A stretch of 64,000 nt of DNA from a virus, in the IMG/VR virus record IMGVR_UViG_3300028794_000198, positions 26,049 through 90,048 of that record; one strand, 5' to 3'. Shown one piece after another: positions 9,274 to 17,604 of the stretch (the first letter of the stretch is position 1; each line of letters starts with the position of its first letter). The notes beneath the pieces are model-generated. The model saw nothing but the letters and a program-made list of their open reading frames with translations. It was not told the origin of the DNA and made no database searches. The position numbers and the translations under genes were made by a program.

Positions 9274-10052
9274 CCGGCCGCCTCCTTCTTGCGTAGGACG
9301 GCCGCGAGGTATTGGCCGGTCGGGGTGAGGTATTCGCATCGCTCAACAGCGAACAGGTCGCCGAAGCGCTGTTCCAGACGGTCGCGGCTGTACCAGTCGG
9401 CATATTCCCCGACCTGGTCGAAGTAGCGGACGAAGCGTTCGAAGCCCGGGTCGGTGGTGGCGTCGTCGGGCGGCTCGGTGCCGGTGGCCTGGATCCAGCC
9501 GCGGTCGGAGTAGAGCATCAGCCGGGCGACGCCGTCGGGCCGGAGGATTTGGTGGGCGCGTTCCATGACCTGGCGGGCCCACGGGATGTGGTGGAGGACG
9601 CCGTTGCAGTGGAACACGTCGTAGCTGCCGGGATCGGCTTCGATGTACGGCGGTTCGCCGAGCGCGCGGTAGATCGTCAGCGCGGGCTGTTCGGCGATCC
9701 GGTCGGCGTACAGGCCGAGGACGCGCACGGCGAGGTGCAGGTTGTCGACGCTGATGTCCGCGAGGTCGACGCGGTTCCCGGCGAGGGCGAGCTCCAGGGC
9801 CTCGACGCCGACGCCACAGCCAAAGTCGAGCACATCCTGGCCGCCGGGCTCGTCGAGGCCCATGAGGTCGCGCCATAGGCCGTCATGGTTGCGCCAGCCG
9901 CCGTAGCGGGTGGCGCGCATCTGCTCGACCAGGGCCCGCAGTTCGTCGTCCGGCTTTGCGAGCAGGTCGGCGGCGGGGATGTAGCCGACGTCGTCGACGG
10001 GCGGACGCGACCATGCAGCACGCTGCCGTTCGAGGAAGCCTTCGTCGGTCAC
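9270..10052 (-). CDS. Class I SAM-dependent methyltransferase
   Basis: VLDFGCGVG, GVLHHIP, LRPDG; GTG at 10052. Confidence 0.9.
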   Translation of the reverse strand: MTDEGFLERQRAAWSRPPVDDVGYIPAADLLAKPDDELRALVEQMRATRYGGWRNHDGLWRDLMGLDEPGGQDVLDFGCGVGVEALELALAGNRVDLADISVDNLHLAVRVLGLYADRIAEQPALTIYRALGEPPYIEADPGSYDVFHCNGVLHHIPWARQVMERAHQILRPDGVARLMLYSDRGWIQATGTEPPDDATTDPGFERFVRYFDQVGEYADWYSRDRLEQRFGDLFAVERCEYLTPTGQYLAAVLRKKEAAG

Positions 10053-10702
10053 CGGGCCTCCGTGGCGATCAGGGCGCGAAGAATCGTGACGTCGGCGGCT
10101 CGGGCGGCTTCCATGGCGGGGCTGCCGTAGTCGGCGGTGCGGTAGCCGGCCAGTGATTCGGCGCGGGTCTGGTCGTCGTGTCCGCCCGTGAGGTCGGCCC
10201 GGTCGTGCAGGATTTCGATGTCGACACGTTCGTGCCGGTCGAGGGACTGACCCAGATATTGGATCCACGAGTCGCAGTGCGGCGACAGGGAGACGTGCCC
10301 GAGGCAGTCGGTCCAGGCTGCGGGCCAGATCGGGAAGGTGTTGCAGGTCGCGATGTCGTTGCTGCGCGGCCACAACGCGCCGGGCTCCTGTTCGCGGACT
10401 GCGGCGTCCCAGCCTGGCGTGAGCATGCGGGCGTCGTCGTTCCACAGCATCAGCCACTCGCCGTCAGCCTGCTCGGCGAGCCGGTTGACGTACTCGTGCA
10501 GCCGCGGATAGCCGAAACGTTCCGGTGCTGTCCAAGTGCTGGCCTGCCACGGGAGTTCGGCGTTCAGTGTGGCCTCGTCGTCGGGGTCTGCGGCGACGAG
10601 GATCTGAATGCTGCCGGGCCGGTCCGCGAGGTCAAGGAGGCTACAGATGGACTCAACGAGGGCCTTCGGCCGGCCGCGGGAAGGCAGCAGGATCGAGATC
10701 AA
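10049..10702 (-). CDS. Glycosyltransferase family 2
   Basis: TTG start; ISILLPSRGRP...WNDDA. Confidence 0.85.
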   Translation of the reverse strand: MISILLPSRGRPKALVESICSLLDLADRPGSIQILVAADPDDEATLNAELPWQASTWTAPERFGYPRLHEYVNRLAEQADGEWLMLWNDDARMLTPGWDAAVREQEPGALWPRSNDIATCNTFPIWPAAWTDCLGHVSLSPHCDSWIQYLGQSLDRHERVDIEILHDRADLTGGHDDQTRAESLAGYRTADYGSPAMEAARAADVTILRALIATEAR

Positions 10703-10752
10703 CCGGCCACCGTCCCGCGAGTGGGGATGATGACGAGCAGGTCGTCGGCCAT
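10699..10752 (-). pseudogene. 17-codon remnant of a GT2 gene (MADDLLVIIPTRGTVAG)
   Basis: Strong AGGAGG RBS; GT2 N-terminal strand LLVIIPTRG; its stop overlaps the next start. Confidence 0.55.
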
Positions 10753-10764
10753 GGCGCGGGCCTC

Positions 10765-11058
10765 CTAGTAGACGGTGAGGATGCCCGCCCTGTAGACGGG
10801 CGTTTCGGTTCCTGCCGCCCAGGTGATCCACACGCTGTATTCGCCCGCAGTGAGCGCGGTGGTGCCGCCTGCGGGGCCGACGAGGATGCGGGCCCAACTG
10901 GTGGCCCATTCGCCGTTGAACCAGTCGCTGGTGCCCGGGTTGCCGCTGGTGGCCATGAACGCGAACTTGGGGGCGACGGCCACGTTGATGAGGCTGCCGG
11001 ACAGGCGGGAGCTGGCGGAGATCCGCACATATTCGGTGCTGGTGGCGGCTATCTCCAT
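10765..11058 (-). CDS. Putative virion appendage adaptor C' (Ig-like; paralog of 12310-12597)
   Basis: Shares STEY, W..EW, ARILVGP, L.AG.Y.VWI and AGIL.V with its paralog. Confidence 0.7.
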   Translation of the reverse strand: MEIAATSTEYVRISASSRLSGSLINVAVAPKFAFMATSGNPGTSDWFNGEWATSWARILVGPAGGTTALTAGEYSVWITWAAGTETPVYRAGILTVY

Positions 11059-11897
11059 GGCCTGCTCACCGCCCATCCGCTGACGGGGTGCCCGAGTTGC
11101 ACGTCGACGTCGATGGTGGCGCCGACAAGAGCGGCGGTGAGCGTCGAGCCGCCGGTGAGGGCTGCGCCGGTCATGGCGGTGATGGCGGGGGCCGCAGCGC
11201 CGAGTGCGGCGTCGGCGGTGAGGTCCGCTGTGACGATGGTCCGTGCGGTGGCGGCGGCGGCGAGGGTGGTGTCGCTGGTGAGGGCGGCGGTGGCGAAGAA
11301 GGTGGCGGCGGCCGTCGTGGCCGTGTTGACGTTGTCGAACTCGGTGAAGTTCGTGGTGCCGTTGTTGCGGTAGGAGTACAGGTCAAGGGCGCACGTGTTG
11401 CGGGTGGTTCCGGCGGTGATCCATGCGGGGGTGGCGAGGGTGCGCCGGTTCGTCCACGTGCTGCCGTCGGTGCTGGTGTCCCAGTACACGTTGGTTCCGT
11501 CTTCACGGAAGCGGAGCCACAGGTGTGTGACGGCGCTGTAGGTGAGGACGGTGGCGCCCGCATCGGAGTAGGCGACGTTGGATTCGAGGCGCAGCGTCCC
11601 GGCAACGGTGTTGATGTTGAACGCGAGGTTGGTGCCGTCGGTGACGTTGATGACGGAGAACGCAGTCTGGGCTTCGACGGTGGCACTGGCCGCGGCTGCC
11701 GCGGTGGGGACTTGCAGGTAGACGCTGCTTCCGGCGAGGGTCCACACCTTGGCGGTCTGGTAGCCGGAGTAGTTGCCTGCAATGCAGGGGATGTGGGCGC
11801 GTCCGCCGGTTTCGGTGCAGCCGCCGTAGGCGTTGCCCCAGTCGGGTCCGATGATGTTGTCGTTGAAGTTGTCTACGAGGGTGGCGATGAGTGCCAT
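11049..11897 (-). CDS. Putative fibre protein B' (beta-rich lectin-like head plus ~3 Ala/Thr repeats)
   Basis: DNFND start, WLRFRE...YWDTSTDG, FDN end of head domain; C-terminal DVDVQLGHP..W. Confidence 0.65.
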   Translation of the reverse strand: MALIATLVDNFNDNIIGPDWGNAYGGCTETGGRAHIPCIAGNYSGYQTAKVWTLAGSSVYLQVPTAAAAASATVEAQTAFSVINVTDGTNLAFNINTVAGTLRLESNVAYSDAGATVLTYSAVTHLWLRFREDGTNVYWDTSTDGSTWTNRRTLATPAWITAGTTRNTCALDLYSYRNNGTTNFTEFDNVNTATTAAATFFATAALTSDTTLAAAATARTIVTADLTADAALGAAAPAITAMTGAALTGGSTLTAALVGATIDVDVQLGHPVSGWAVSRPWR

Positions 11898-11910
11898 GCC
11901 GCCTCCTCAG

Positions 11911-12294
11911 CTACGCGAGGGCGAGCGTGAGGGTGCCTGCGGCGATGCGCAGTTCGTCGCCCGCTGCGACGGTGCGGCTGGTGCCGACGGCCCCGTACCA
12001 GAAGCGGATGGGGGTGCCTGCGGAGTCCCAGATTTCTACGCCCACGACAGTGCAGGCGGGCATGCCGGTCCAGGAGAGGTCAGCACTGTTGGAGGTGGCT
12101 CCGCTGCTGGCGGCGGCGACGGTGAGGGTCTTGCGGGCGTAGGAGCCGCCGGTGACCTCGGTGCCTGCGGTCGCGTCGTTGCCGTTCGCGGTGACGAGCG
12201 CGACCTTGAGGGGGGCGGTGGGGGCGGTGGTGGTGTTGCCCATGAGCCAGTCGAGAGCCCTGTTCTCGGCTGTATTTGAAAGGTTGTCGCTGAT
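11911..12294 (-). CDS. Putative fibre subunit A' (non-canonical ATC start likely; first ATG at 12243)
   Basis: ALVTA...EVTGGSYARK...IWDSAG...G.L pattern; frame extends upstream as ISDNLSNTAENRALDWL after an AAGGGGG RBS. Confidence 0.7.
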   Translation of the reverse strand: MSDNLSNTAENRALDWLMGNTTTAPTAPLKVALVTANGNDATAGTEVTGGSYARKTLTVAAASSGATSNSADLSWTGMPACTVVGVEIWDSAGTPIRFWYGAVGTSRTVAAGDELRIAAGTLTLALA

Positions 12295-12309
12295 GAGACT
12301 CGCCCCCTT

Positions 12310-12597
12310 TCAGGTGACGGAGAGGATTCCGGCTTTGCGGACGACGTTTTCGGCGCCGGGCGGATCGAGGTTGATCCACACCCGGTAGTCGCCTGCCGCA
12401 AGTTCGAGGCTGCTGTCGGGGCCGACGAGGATGCGGGCGGCGCCGCTCACCCAGTCCGCGGCATGCCATTCACCGTCGGCGGGATCACTGCGGTGGGCGA
12501 CGACGGCGATCCGCACCGGAGTACTTCCGGTGTCGACGCCGGCCGGGAGGGTCGCAGGCACGTGCAGGTATTCGGTGGAGGAGGCGGGGATCACCAC
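12310..12597 (-). CDS. Putative virion appendage adaptor C (Ig-like)
   Basis: GTG overlaps the stop of B; paralog of C'. Confidence 0.7.
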   Translation of the reverse strand: MVIPASSTEYLHVPATLPAGVDTGSTPVRIAVVAHRSDPADGEWHAADWVSGAARILVGPDSSLELAAGDYRVWINLDPPGAENVVRKAGILSVT

Positions 12598-14270
12598 GTT
12601 GCGCCCACCTTCCAGCCGGTGTCCTGCGGCTCGGCGGCGACCCACGGGTCGCCGTGCGGTATCCCTGCCGCCCAAGGGCTATAGGGGGCGCCGACGGTGA
12701 CGTCGATGTCGTCGTGGGTGGAGATCAGCGTCCCGCTGGCCGTGAGCGTCGCGGTGGCGGCGAGCGCCGTACTGCCGATAGAGGCTTTGACCCCTGACGC
12801 CGCCAGTACCGCTGCGATGTCCAGGACGGTTCCCGCGACTGCCGCGCGGCTGCCTGCCGCCGCGAGAGTGACCGTGGCGCTCAGGGCGGCGTCTGCGAGT
12901 ACGGGTGGAGTGCCCGTGACTCCGTCGGCCGTCAGGGCGGCCGTGACTGCGAGGGCGGCTGTACCGGTGCGGCCGGCCTGCCCTTGTGCGGCCAGACCTG
13001 CTGTGACGGCGAGGCCGGTGTCGGCGGTGGCGCCTCGCTGTCCGGCCGCGGTGAGGGATGCTGTGGTGCTGAGGGTGGCGTCGCCGATGGATGCTGTCTG
13101 CCCGGCGGCGGTCAGGCCCGCGGTTGCGGGAAGCGCCGCGTCTGCCTGGGTGGCGCGCATTCCGTCCGCGTCGAGCCCCGCTGACGTGGTGAGTGCGGCC
13201 TGCCCTGGGTGATCGACCAGCCCGGCGGCGGCCAGGTTCGCGCTCGCGGTGAGCGCAGCGCCGCCGACTGCGGTTGTTGCGCCGTCTGCGGCGAGGCCTG
13301 CCGTGATGGCGAGGCTTGCCGCTGCGGAGGCGCCGCAGGTCCCAGCTGCCGTCAGGGTCGCGGCGGGCGCGAGGCTCACATCGCCGGTCGTTGCCCGTAG
13401 GCCTGCTGCGGTGAGGGTGGCTGCGGGTGCCAGCGCCGCGGCGCCTGCTGTGGCGCGAGTGCCGTCCGCCGTCAGGGCCGCCGAGGATGGCAGGGTTGCG
13501 GCGCCGGTTGTGGCCCGTACTCCGCCCGCCGACACGCCGGCTGTGGCAGCCAGGCCCGCGTCTCCGGCCGTAGCCCGAAGGCCACCGGCCGTCAGAGCGG
13601 CGGCGGAGGCCAAGGTCGCGCTACCGGTAGCGGCCCGGACTCCAGCAGCGGTCAGGCCCGCCGTGGCCGCCTGTGCCGCGCCGCCGGTGGTGGCCCGCAG
13701 ACCGGCCGCGGACAGTGTTGCCGTGTTGGCCAGTGCCGCGTCGCCTGTGGTGCCGGAGGTGACGTCGGCTCCGGTGAAGTTGTCGAAGCGGAGCGAGTTA
13801 CTCGACTCGGCGCGGATGCCGACGCTCGTGCCGCTGGTGACGGCCGTGTTGGTGACGGAGACGCGCGAGATCCCGTTGACGAAGCCTTGGATCGTCGACC
13901 CGACGGCCTGCACTTTCGCCACATCGCCCGCGACGGCTGCCGCGGTGTAGCTGCCGATGGATACAAAGGATCCGCCGACGACGGAGAAGAGGGTCCACGT
14001 GGTGCCGTCGTTGCGCCACAGGTAGCCCTGGGTGATCGTCGTGTTGCCGCGACACCAGACGCCGTGACTGAGCGCTGCGGTCGCGGTGATCGTGATCTGG
14101 GCGGAGTTGTCGTTGGTGGCCATCGCGCCGGTCGCGCGGATGACGATGGTGCCGCCCGCGGATCCCGATGAGAGTTGGCTGGAGACGATCGACCAAGTGC
14201 CGGACACCGCAGTCCAGTTGGCGCCCGGGCTTCCGTCGGCCCGGTTGAAGTCGTCGCTGAAGCTGGTCAC
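12591..14270 (-). CDS. Putative fibre protein B (ConA-like head plus 17 x 20-aa repeats)
   Basis: FSDDFNRAD...FDNF head; repeats like TGDAALAATATLTAAGLRAT; Trp/Pro-rich tail. Confidence 0.75.
   Translation of the reverse strand: MTSFSDDFNRADGSPGANWTAVSGTWSIVSSQLSSGSAGGTIVIRATGAMATNDNSAQITITATAALSHGVWCRGNTTITQGYLWRNDGTTWTLFSVVGGSFVSIGSYTAAAVAGDVAKVQAVGSTIQGFVNGISRVSVTNTAVTSGTSVGIRAESSNSLRFDNFTGADVTSGTTGDAALANTATLSAAGLRATTGGAAQAATAGLTAAGVRAATGSATLASAAALTAGGLRATAGDAGLAATAGVSAGGVRATTGAATLPSSAALTADGTRATAGAAALAPAATLTAAGLRATTGDVSLAPAATLTAAGTCGASAAASLAITAGLAADGATTAVGGAALTASANLAAAGLVDHPGQAALTTSAGLDADGMRATQADAALPATAGLTAAGQTASIGDATLSTTASLTAAGQRGATADTGLAVTAGLAAQGQAGRTGTAALAVTAALTADGVTGTPPVLADAALSATVTLAAAGSRAAVAGTVLDIAAVLAASGVKASIGSTALAATATLTASGTLISTHDDIDVTVGAPYSPWAAGIPHGDPWVAAEPQDTGWKVGATW
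12720..13750 (-). repeat. Degenerate 60-bp (20-aa) coding tandem repeat, about 17 copies
   Basis: Counted by hand in the translation; coordinates approximate. Confidence 0.85.
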
Positions 14271-14291
14271 GACGGCCTCCCCGTCAGGGCG

Positions 14292-14690
14292 TTACGCGGC
14301 CTGCGGGCTTAGCGAGACGGAATGGCTCGTCAATGTGAAGGTATCGGCGGACGCCCACGCCTTCGAGGCGGTGAGCTGCACCGAGTACAGGAACGTTCCG
14401 CCGGTCACGGCGGTCCACACGGAGATGTCCGTGATCGTTTCCGAGGTGCCGCCGTTGGTCCACGCCGGGTTGGTGCCGGTCAGCGCGAGGGCGGATCCGG
14501 CCGACGATGCGGCGTGCGTGAAGATGACGCGGGTCGCGGAGCCTGCGCTGATCGCCGTCGTCCCGGCCGCGCCCGGGTTGGCGGTGTGGAGCTGCGCGTA
14601 CTCGGCTGCGACCGGGCCGAAGGCAGCACCCGCCGCGCGCAAGGTGTTGAGCAGGTTGGAGACCAGGGTGGTGGAGAGTCCTTCAGCCAT
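14292..14690 (-). CDS. Putative fibre subunit A
   Basis: QLHTANPG..G...VWTA.TGGTFL...K.....DT pattern; distant paralog of A'. Confidence 0.7.
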   Translation of the reverse strand: MAEGLSTTLVSNLLNTLRAAGAAFGPVAAEYAQLHTANPGAAGTTAISAGSATRVIFTHAASSAGSALALTGTNPAWTNGGTSETITDISVWTAVTGGTFLYSVQLTASKAWASADTFTLTSHSVSLSPQAA

Positions 14691-14802
14691 CGGTCAGTTC
14701 CTCGTCTTCCGTGGCGGGCTCGACGGCGTCGGGCTGCTGGGGTGCGGGCGTGACTTCGCCGGATGCTTCGACGGTGAGGGTGATGACGTGTTCGTCGGCC
14801 AC
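14683..14802 (-). CDS. Small acidic protein (39 aa)
   Basis: GTG with AAGGAG RBS; MADEHVITLTVEASGEV... Confidence 0.55.
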   Translation of the reverse strand: MADEHVITLTVEASGEVTPAPQQPDAVEPATEDEELTDG

Positions 14803-14812
14803 GGCGGTCTCC

Positions 14813-14938
14813 TTACGGGTGGGCGCCGTGTGGCGCGTCGACTGCGGGCTGGGGTGCGACGGGCCCGTCGGCGATGTAGGCGACCGGGCCGACCATCCAG
14901 GCGAGGACGAACAGCACGGTGATGACGGCCCGCCGCAT
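14813..14938 (-). CDS. Small membrane or secreted peptide (41 aa)
   Basis: MRRAVITVLFVLAWMVGP; AGGGGG RBS. Confidence 0.5.
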   Translation of the reverse strand: MRRAVITVLFVLAWMVGPVAYIADGPVAPQPAVDAPHGAHP

Positions 14939-15024
14939 AGCGCCCCCTGAGGTCAAGTCCCGCCGCCCGGCGTAGGGGTGGACGACGGGACGTTCGGGGC
15001 TCGAAGTGAGCGGCCAGCCCCGGC

Positions 15025-15285
15025 TCAGGCGGTTTCCATGAGGTGCCAGACGAGTTGGCCGCCGGGTGCGAGCGCGGTGCCGACGTGGTCCAGGTTGTCG
15101 GGCATCGACTGTCCGGTGCCGTAGACACGGAAGCTGCGAATGTCGGACGCCCCGTCGGCGTGGCGGGCCCAGACTTCGACGGCGTGGACGTTCCGGCAGT
15201 CGACGTGCACGATCTCGCCGGAGAGCTGCAACGGATGCCAGCGGTCGTCGACGGGGATCTCGTACCGCCAGATCGCGTCTGCCAC
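15025..15285 (-). CDS. Hypothetical phage protein
   Basis: IWRYEIP...VYGTG...HVGT...VWHL; GGAGG RBS. Confidence 0.75.
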   Translation of the reverse strand: MADAIWRYEIPVDDRWHPLQLSGEIVHVDCRNVHAVEVWARHADGASDIRSFRVYGTGQSMPDNLDHVGTALAPGGQLVWHLMETA

Positions 15286-15406
15286 CGCTGCCTCCGTCCG
15301 GGTTGTTGCCCGCACGGCCCCCACGCGAGGCCGTGCGGGCTGGTTGGGCCGAGCGCTGAGCGCTTCAAGGCCCGCCCTGCGCAGCTGCCACCGCGCGCAG
15401 GGGGCT

Positions 15407-15646
15407 TCAGGCGGCGAGTAACGTCGTCTGCCGCTGAGGAAGTGGTGGCGGCGGGGTTGGCGTGATCAGCTCGCGAGTGTCCGGGTCTCGCTTGGCGGGG
15501 TCGATCTCCATGAGGTCGTAGCGGGCGTTCTTGCCCTTGCCGTAGACGGAGATGCGGCCTTCGGATGCCCAGCGCCAGATGGTGCCGATGGGGCGTCCGG
15601 TCCAGTAGGCCATGTCGGCTGCGGTGACGAGTGCGGTGGAGGGCAT
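15407..15646 (-). CDS. HTH DNA-binding protein (MerR/excisionase-like), first gene of the late operon
   Basis: GRPIGTIWRWASEGRI...RYDL. Confidence 0.75.
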   Translation of the reverse strand: MPSTALVTAADMAYWTGRPIGTIWRWASEGRISVYGKGKNARYDLMEIDPAKRDPDTRELITPTPPPPLPQRQTTLLAA

Positions 15647-15666
15647 GGTCACCTCCGGGAACGACG

Positions 15667-15691
15667 AAGGCCACCCGGTGGGGGGTGGCCT
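15667..15691. terminator. Hairpin in the late leader
   Basis: AAGGCCACCC-N5-GGGTGGCCTT. Confidence 0.55.
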
Positions 15692-15717
15692 TAGCGCGAG
15701 ACTTGAGCGATCTAAGC

Positions 15718-15749
15718 AGATGATCGCTTCGGTTACCGACGATTGTCAA
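15718..15749 (-). promoter_or_regulatory. Putative late-operon promoter
   Basis: Perfect TTGACA (15744-15749), 18-bp spacer, weak -10 GATCAT. Confidence 0.5.
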
Positions 15750-15771
15750 CCTCGTCGGCCACAACTAACGC

Positions 15772-16545
15772 TTACGTCGCGCTACGCCCTCCGCTCGCAA
15801 GGGACTTCAGATCCGACAGGAAGTACAACTGGACGCCGTTCTCGTCACGGAGGACGTGATCGAGCTTCTTCCGGTGGATCCACACGCGCGCCGTTCCGAG
15901 TCGAATGCCGAGTTGGCGCGTCCCGACTTCCAGGGTGACGAGGTGCGCGGTGAGGGGGAGTTCAGGGAGTCGAGCGCGACTGGGGCGTTGCCGGAGGTTC
16001 TGAAGCGTGGGCCACGCCGGGTCCGGGGCCCCGAACTCCTCACGGACCTGGGCAATGTGCGCGTCGAGCGTGGCGTGGCGAGTGAAGTATTCGGCAGCGT
16101 TGCTGAGCCTGAGGTTGCTGAACTGCTGGTGCCGATCGGCCTCTTCCGGGCGTCCACCCGGCTCCCAGGCAAGGATCTCGTCAGGGAGGAGTCCCGCGAA
16201 TCGCTTGCGCGGCTTCGCGGTGTAGCCGATCTTTACCAGCCTCCCCCGTCGTGCGTAGTACACGATCGATGAGGGGATGCGGCTGGGACGTCGATCCTCT
16301 TCGTCTTGAAGGTGCTGCGCATACTTCCGTCGACCGTCGGCGATCGCCTGACCTATCGACTCGGCGTCGAGGTCTCCGCCTGTTCGCCGGATCCGCTGGA
16401 GTTCGGCGGCGATGAGAATGAAGGCGGGTTCACTCTGATCGACCGTCTCCACCAGGGCCTGAACGCTAGGGCGGACTCCGGACGACTCTTCGCGCGCAAG
16501 CCCGTAGGGCCTAGCGATCGGGATCTTGTGGTTACTCTGGACCAT
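15772..16545 (-). CDS. GIY-YIG (T5orf172-like) domain protein with C-terminal HTH
   Basis: IVYY...VKIGYT..P.KR...E...H..F..LR...EYF. Confidence 0.8.
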   Translation of the reverse strand: MVQSNHKIPIARPYGLAREESSGVRPSVQALVETVDQSEPAFILIAAELQRIRRTGGDLDAESIGQAIADGRRKYAQHLQDEEDRRPSRIPSSIVYYARRGRLVKIGYTAKPRKRFAGLLPDEILAWEPGGRPEEADRHQQFSNLRLSNAAEYFTRHATLDAHIAQVREEFGAPDPAWPTLQNLRQRPSRARLPELPLTAHLVTLEVGTRQLGIRLGTARVWIHRKKLDHVLRDENGVQLYFLSDLKSLASGGRSAT

Positions 16546-16659
16546 GTTGGCGCTCCTTCGTAGCGTCGGCCACGCCCCGGGACCGGTCGCACGGTCGCCG
16601 GGGTCTCAACTGCCCCAATTCTACCGGCTTTTGGATCTATTCGCGGGCCTTTGCGCAGG

Positions 16660-16968
16660 TCAGTGACGCAATCCTGCGACGATGCCGGAGGCGAGGTACA
16701 CGACCAGCCCCACGATCACCAGCGGCCAGACGAGCGCGAAGGCGGCGGCCAGCAGGGCGTGTGAGAGTCCGTGCCCGTTCGTGGGTGCGCCTTTGGTGAG
16801 CACCATGTTGACCGCCCACAGTGCGAGTCCGATGCAGAGGTAGACAGCGACGCCGAGCTTGGGCGGGCCGGACGCCGCGAAGGCGACCGCGACGACCATG
16901 GCGGCGCCGATGAGCCAGGCGGCAGCGTAGATCCTGAACAGGCCCTGGTTGGGGCTCGCTTCGTTCAT
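16660..16968 (-). CDS. Membrane protein
   Basis: Three hydrophobic segments; ATGA overlap. Confidence 0.65.
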   Translation of the reverse strand: MNEASPNQGLFRIYAAAWLIGAAMVVAVAFAASGPPKLGVAVYLCIGLALWAVNMVLTKGAPTNGHGLSHALLAAAFALVWPLVIVGLVVYLASGIVAGLRH

Positions 16969-17165
16969 GGCGTGTGTCCGTGCTTCTCGTGCGGTTCGAC
17001 ACGGCAGACCGTGCACTGTAGGCAGATGCAGTAGCCCGGCTCCCCGCGCGGGATGCGAGGGTCAGCGCAACGGACGCAGTGGCATACGCATTCAACGTCC
17101 ATCGCGGGCGGGTGGCCGCACTTGCTGTTCGCCTGATCAGGGCTAGCGAGGCTCGTCTCGTTCAC
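16965..17165 (-). CDS. Small Cys-rich protein
   Basis: Nine Cys in 66 aa; coupled. Confidence 0.55.
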   Translation of the reverse strand: MNETSLASPDQANSKCGHPPAMDVECVCHCVRCADPRIPRGEPGYCICLQCTVCRVEPHEKHGHTP

Positions 17166-17383
17166 GTCGCCTGCCCTTCCGTGTCCGGGTCGACCCGGAA
17201 CTCCTCGACGTCACACGCCGGAGCGCCCCACTGGGTGGCGTTCCCTTCGCGGACTCTGCGGGCGTGCTCGGCGCGTCTGGCTTCAATCCACGCGTCCGCC
17301 TTCTGCCGGGTACTGAACACGCCACGGACGACGAGGCCGACGTCGTATCCAGTGTCTTCCGTGACGACATACACATCGCTCAC
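17162..17383 (-). CDS. Hypothetical protein
   Basis: VYVV...GVFSTRQKA...VEEF. Confidence 0.65.
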   Translation of the reverse strand: MSDVYVVTEDTGYDVGLVVRGVFSTRQKADAWIEARRAEHARRVREGNATQWGAPACDVEEFRVDPDTEGQAT

Positions 17384-17604
17384 GGCGTCTCCTCGTGCCA
17401 CTCTTCGAGCATCGCCTCGATGCGCCTGAGGGTCTGCGCATGGTCCAGGACCACGGTCCCGTCCGGCTGGGTGACGTCCTCCGGAACGCATTTCCCATTG
17501 TCGACTCCTGCGGCGAGGAAGCCGATCGCGTCCTCGATGTCCTCGCAGGGCATTTCGTGGAGCCGGTGGTACTGGTAGTAGCGGGCTCCGAAGTCGTCGC
17601 TCAT
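17380..17604 (-). CDS. Hypothetical protein
   Basis: Coupled ORF. Confidence 0.65.
   Translation of the reverse strand: MSDDFGARYYQYHRLHEMPCEDIEDAIGFLAAGVDNGKCVPEDVTQPDGTVVLDHAQTLRRIEAMLEEWHEETP

Noticed and set aside
8077-9426. Long plus-strand ORFs opposite real genes (also 40467-42071, 50724-52250, 55811-57202 and others)
   Set aside because: Antisense shadow frames typical of high-GC DNA; the minus strand carries the recognisable motifs
15329-15405. tRNA gene
   Set aside because: Hairpins present but no TTCGA T-loop or cloverleaf
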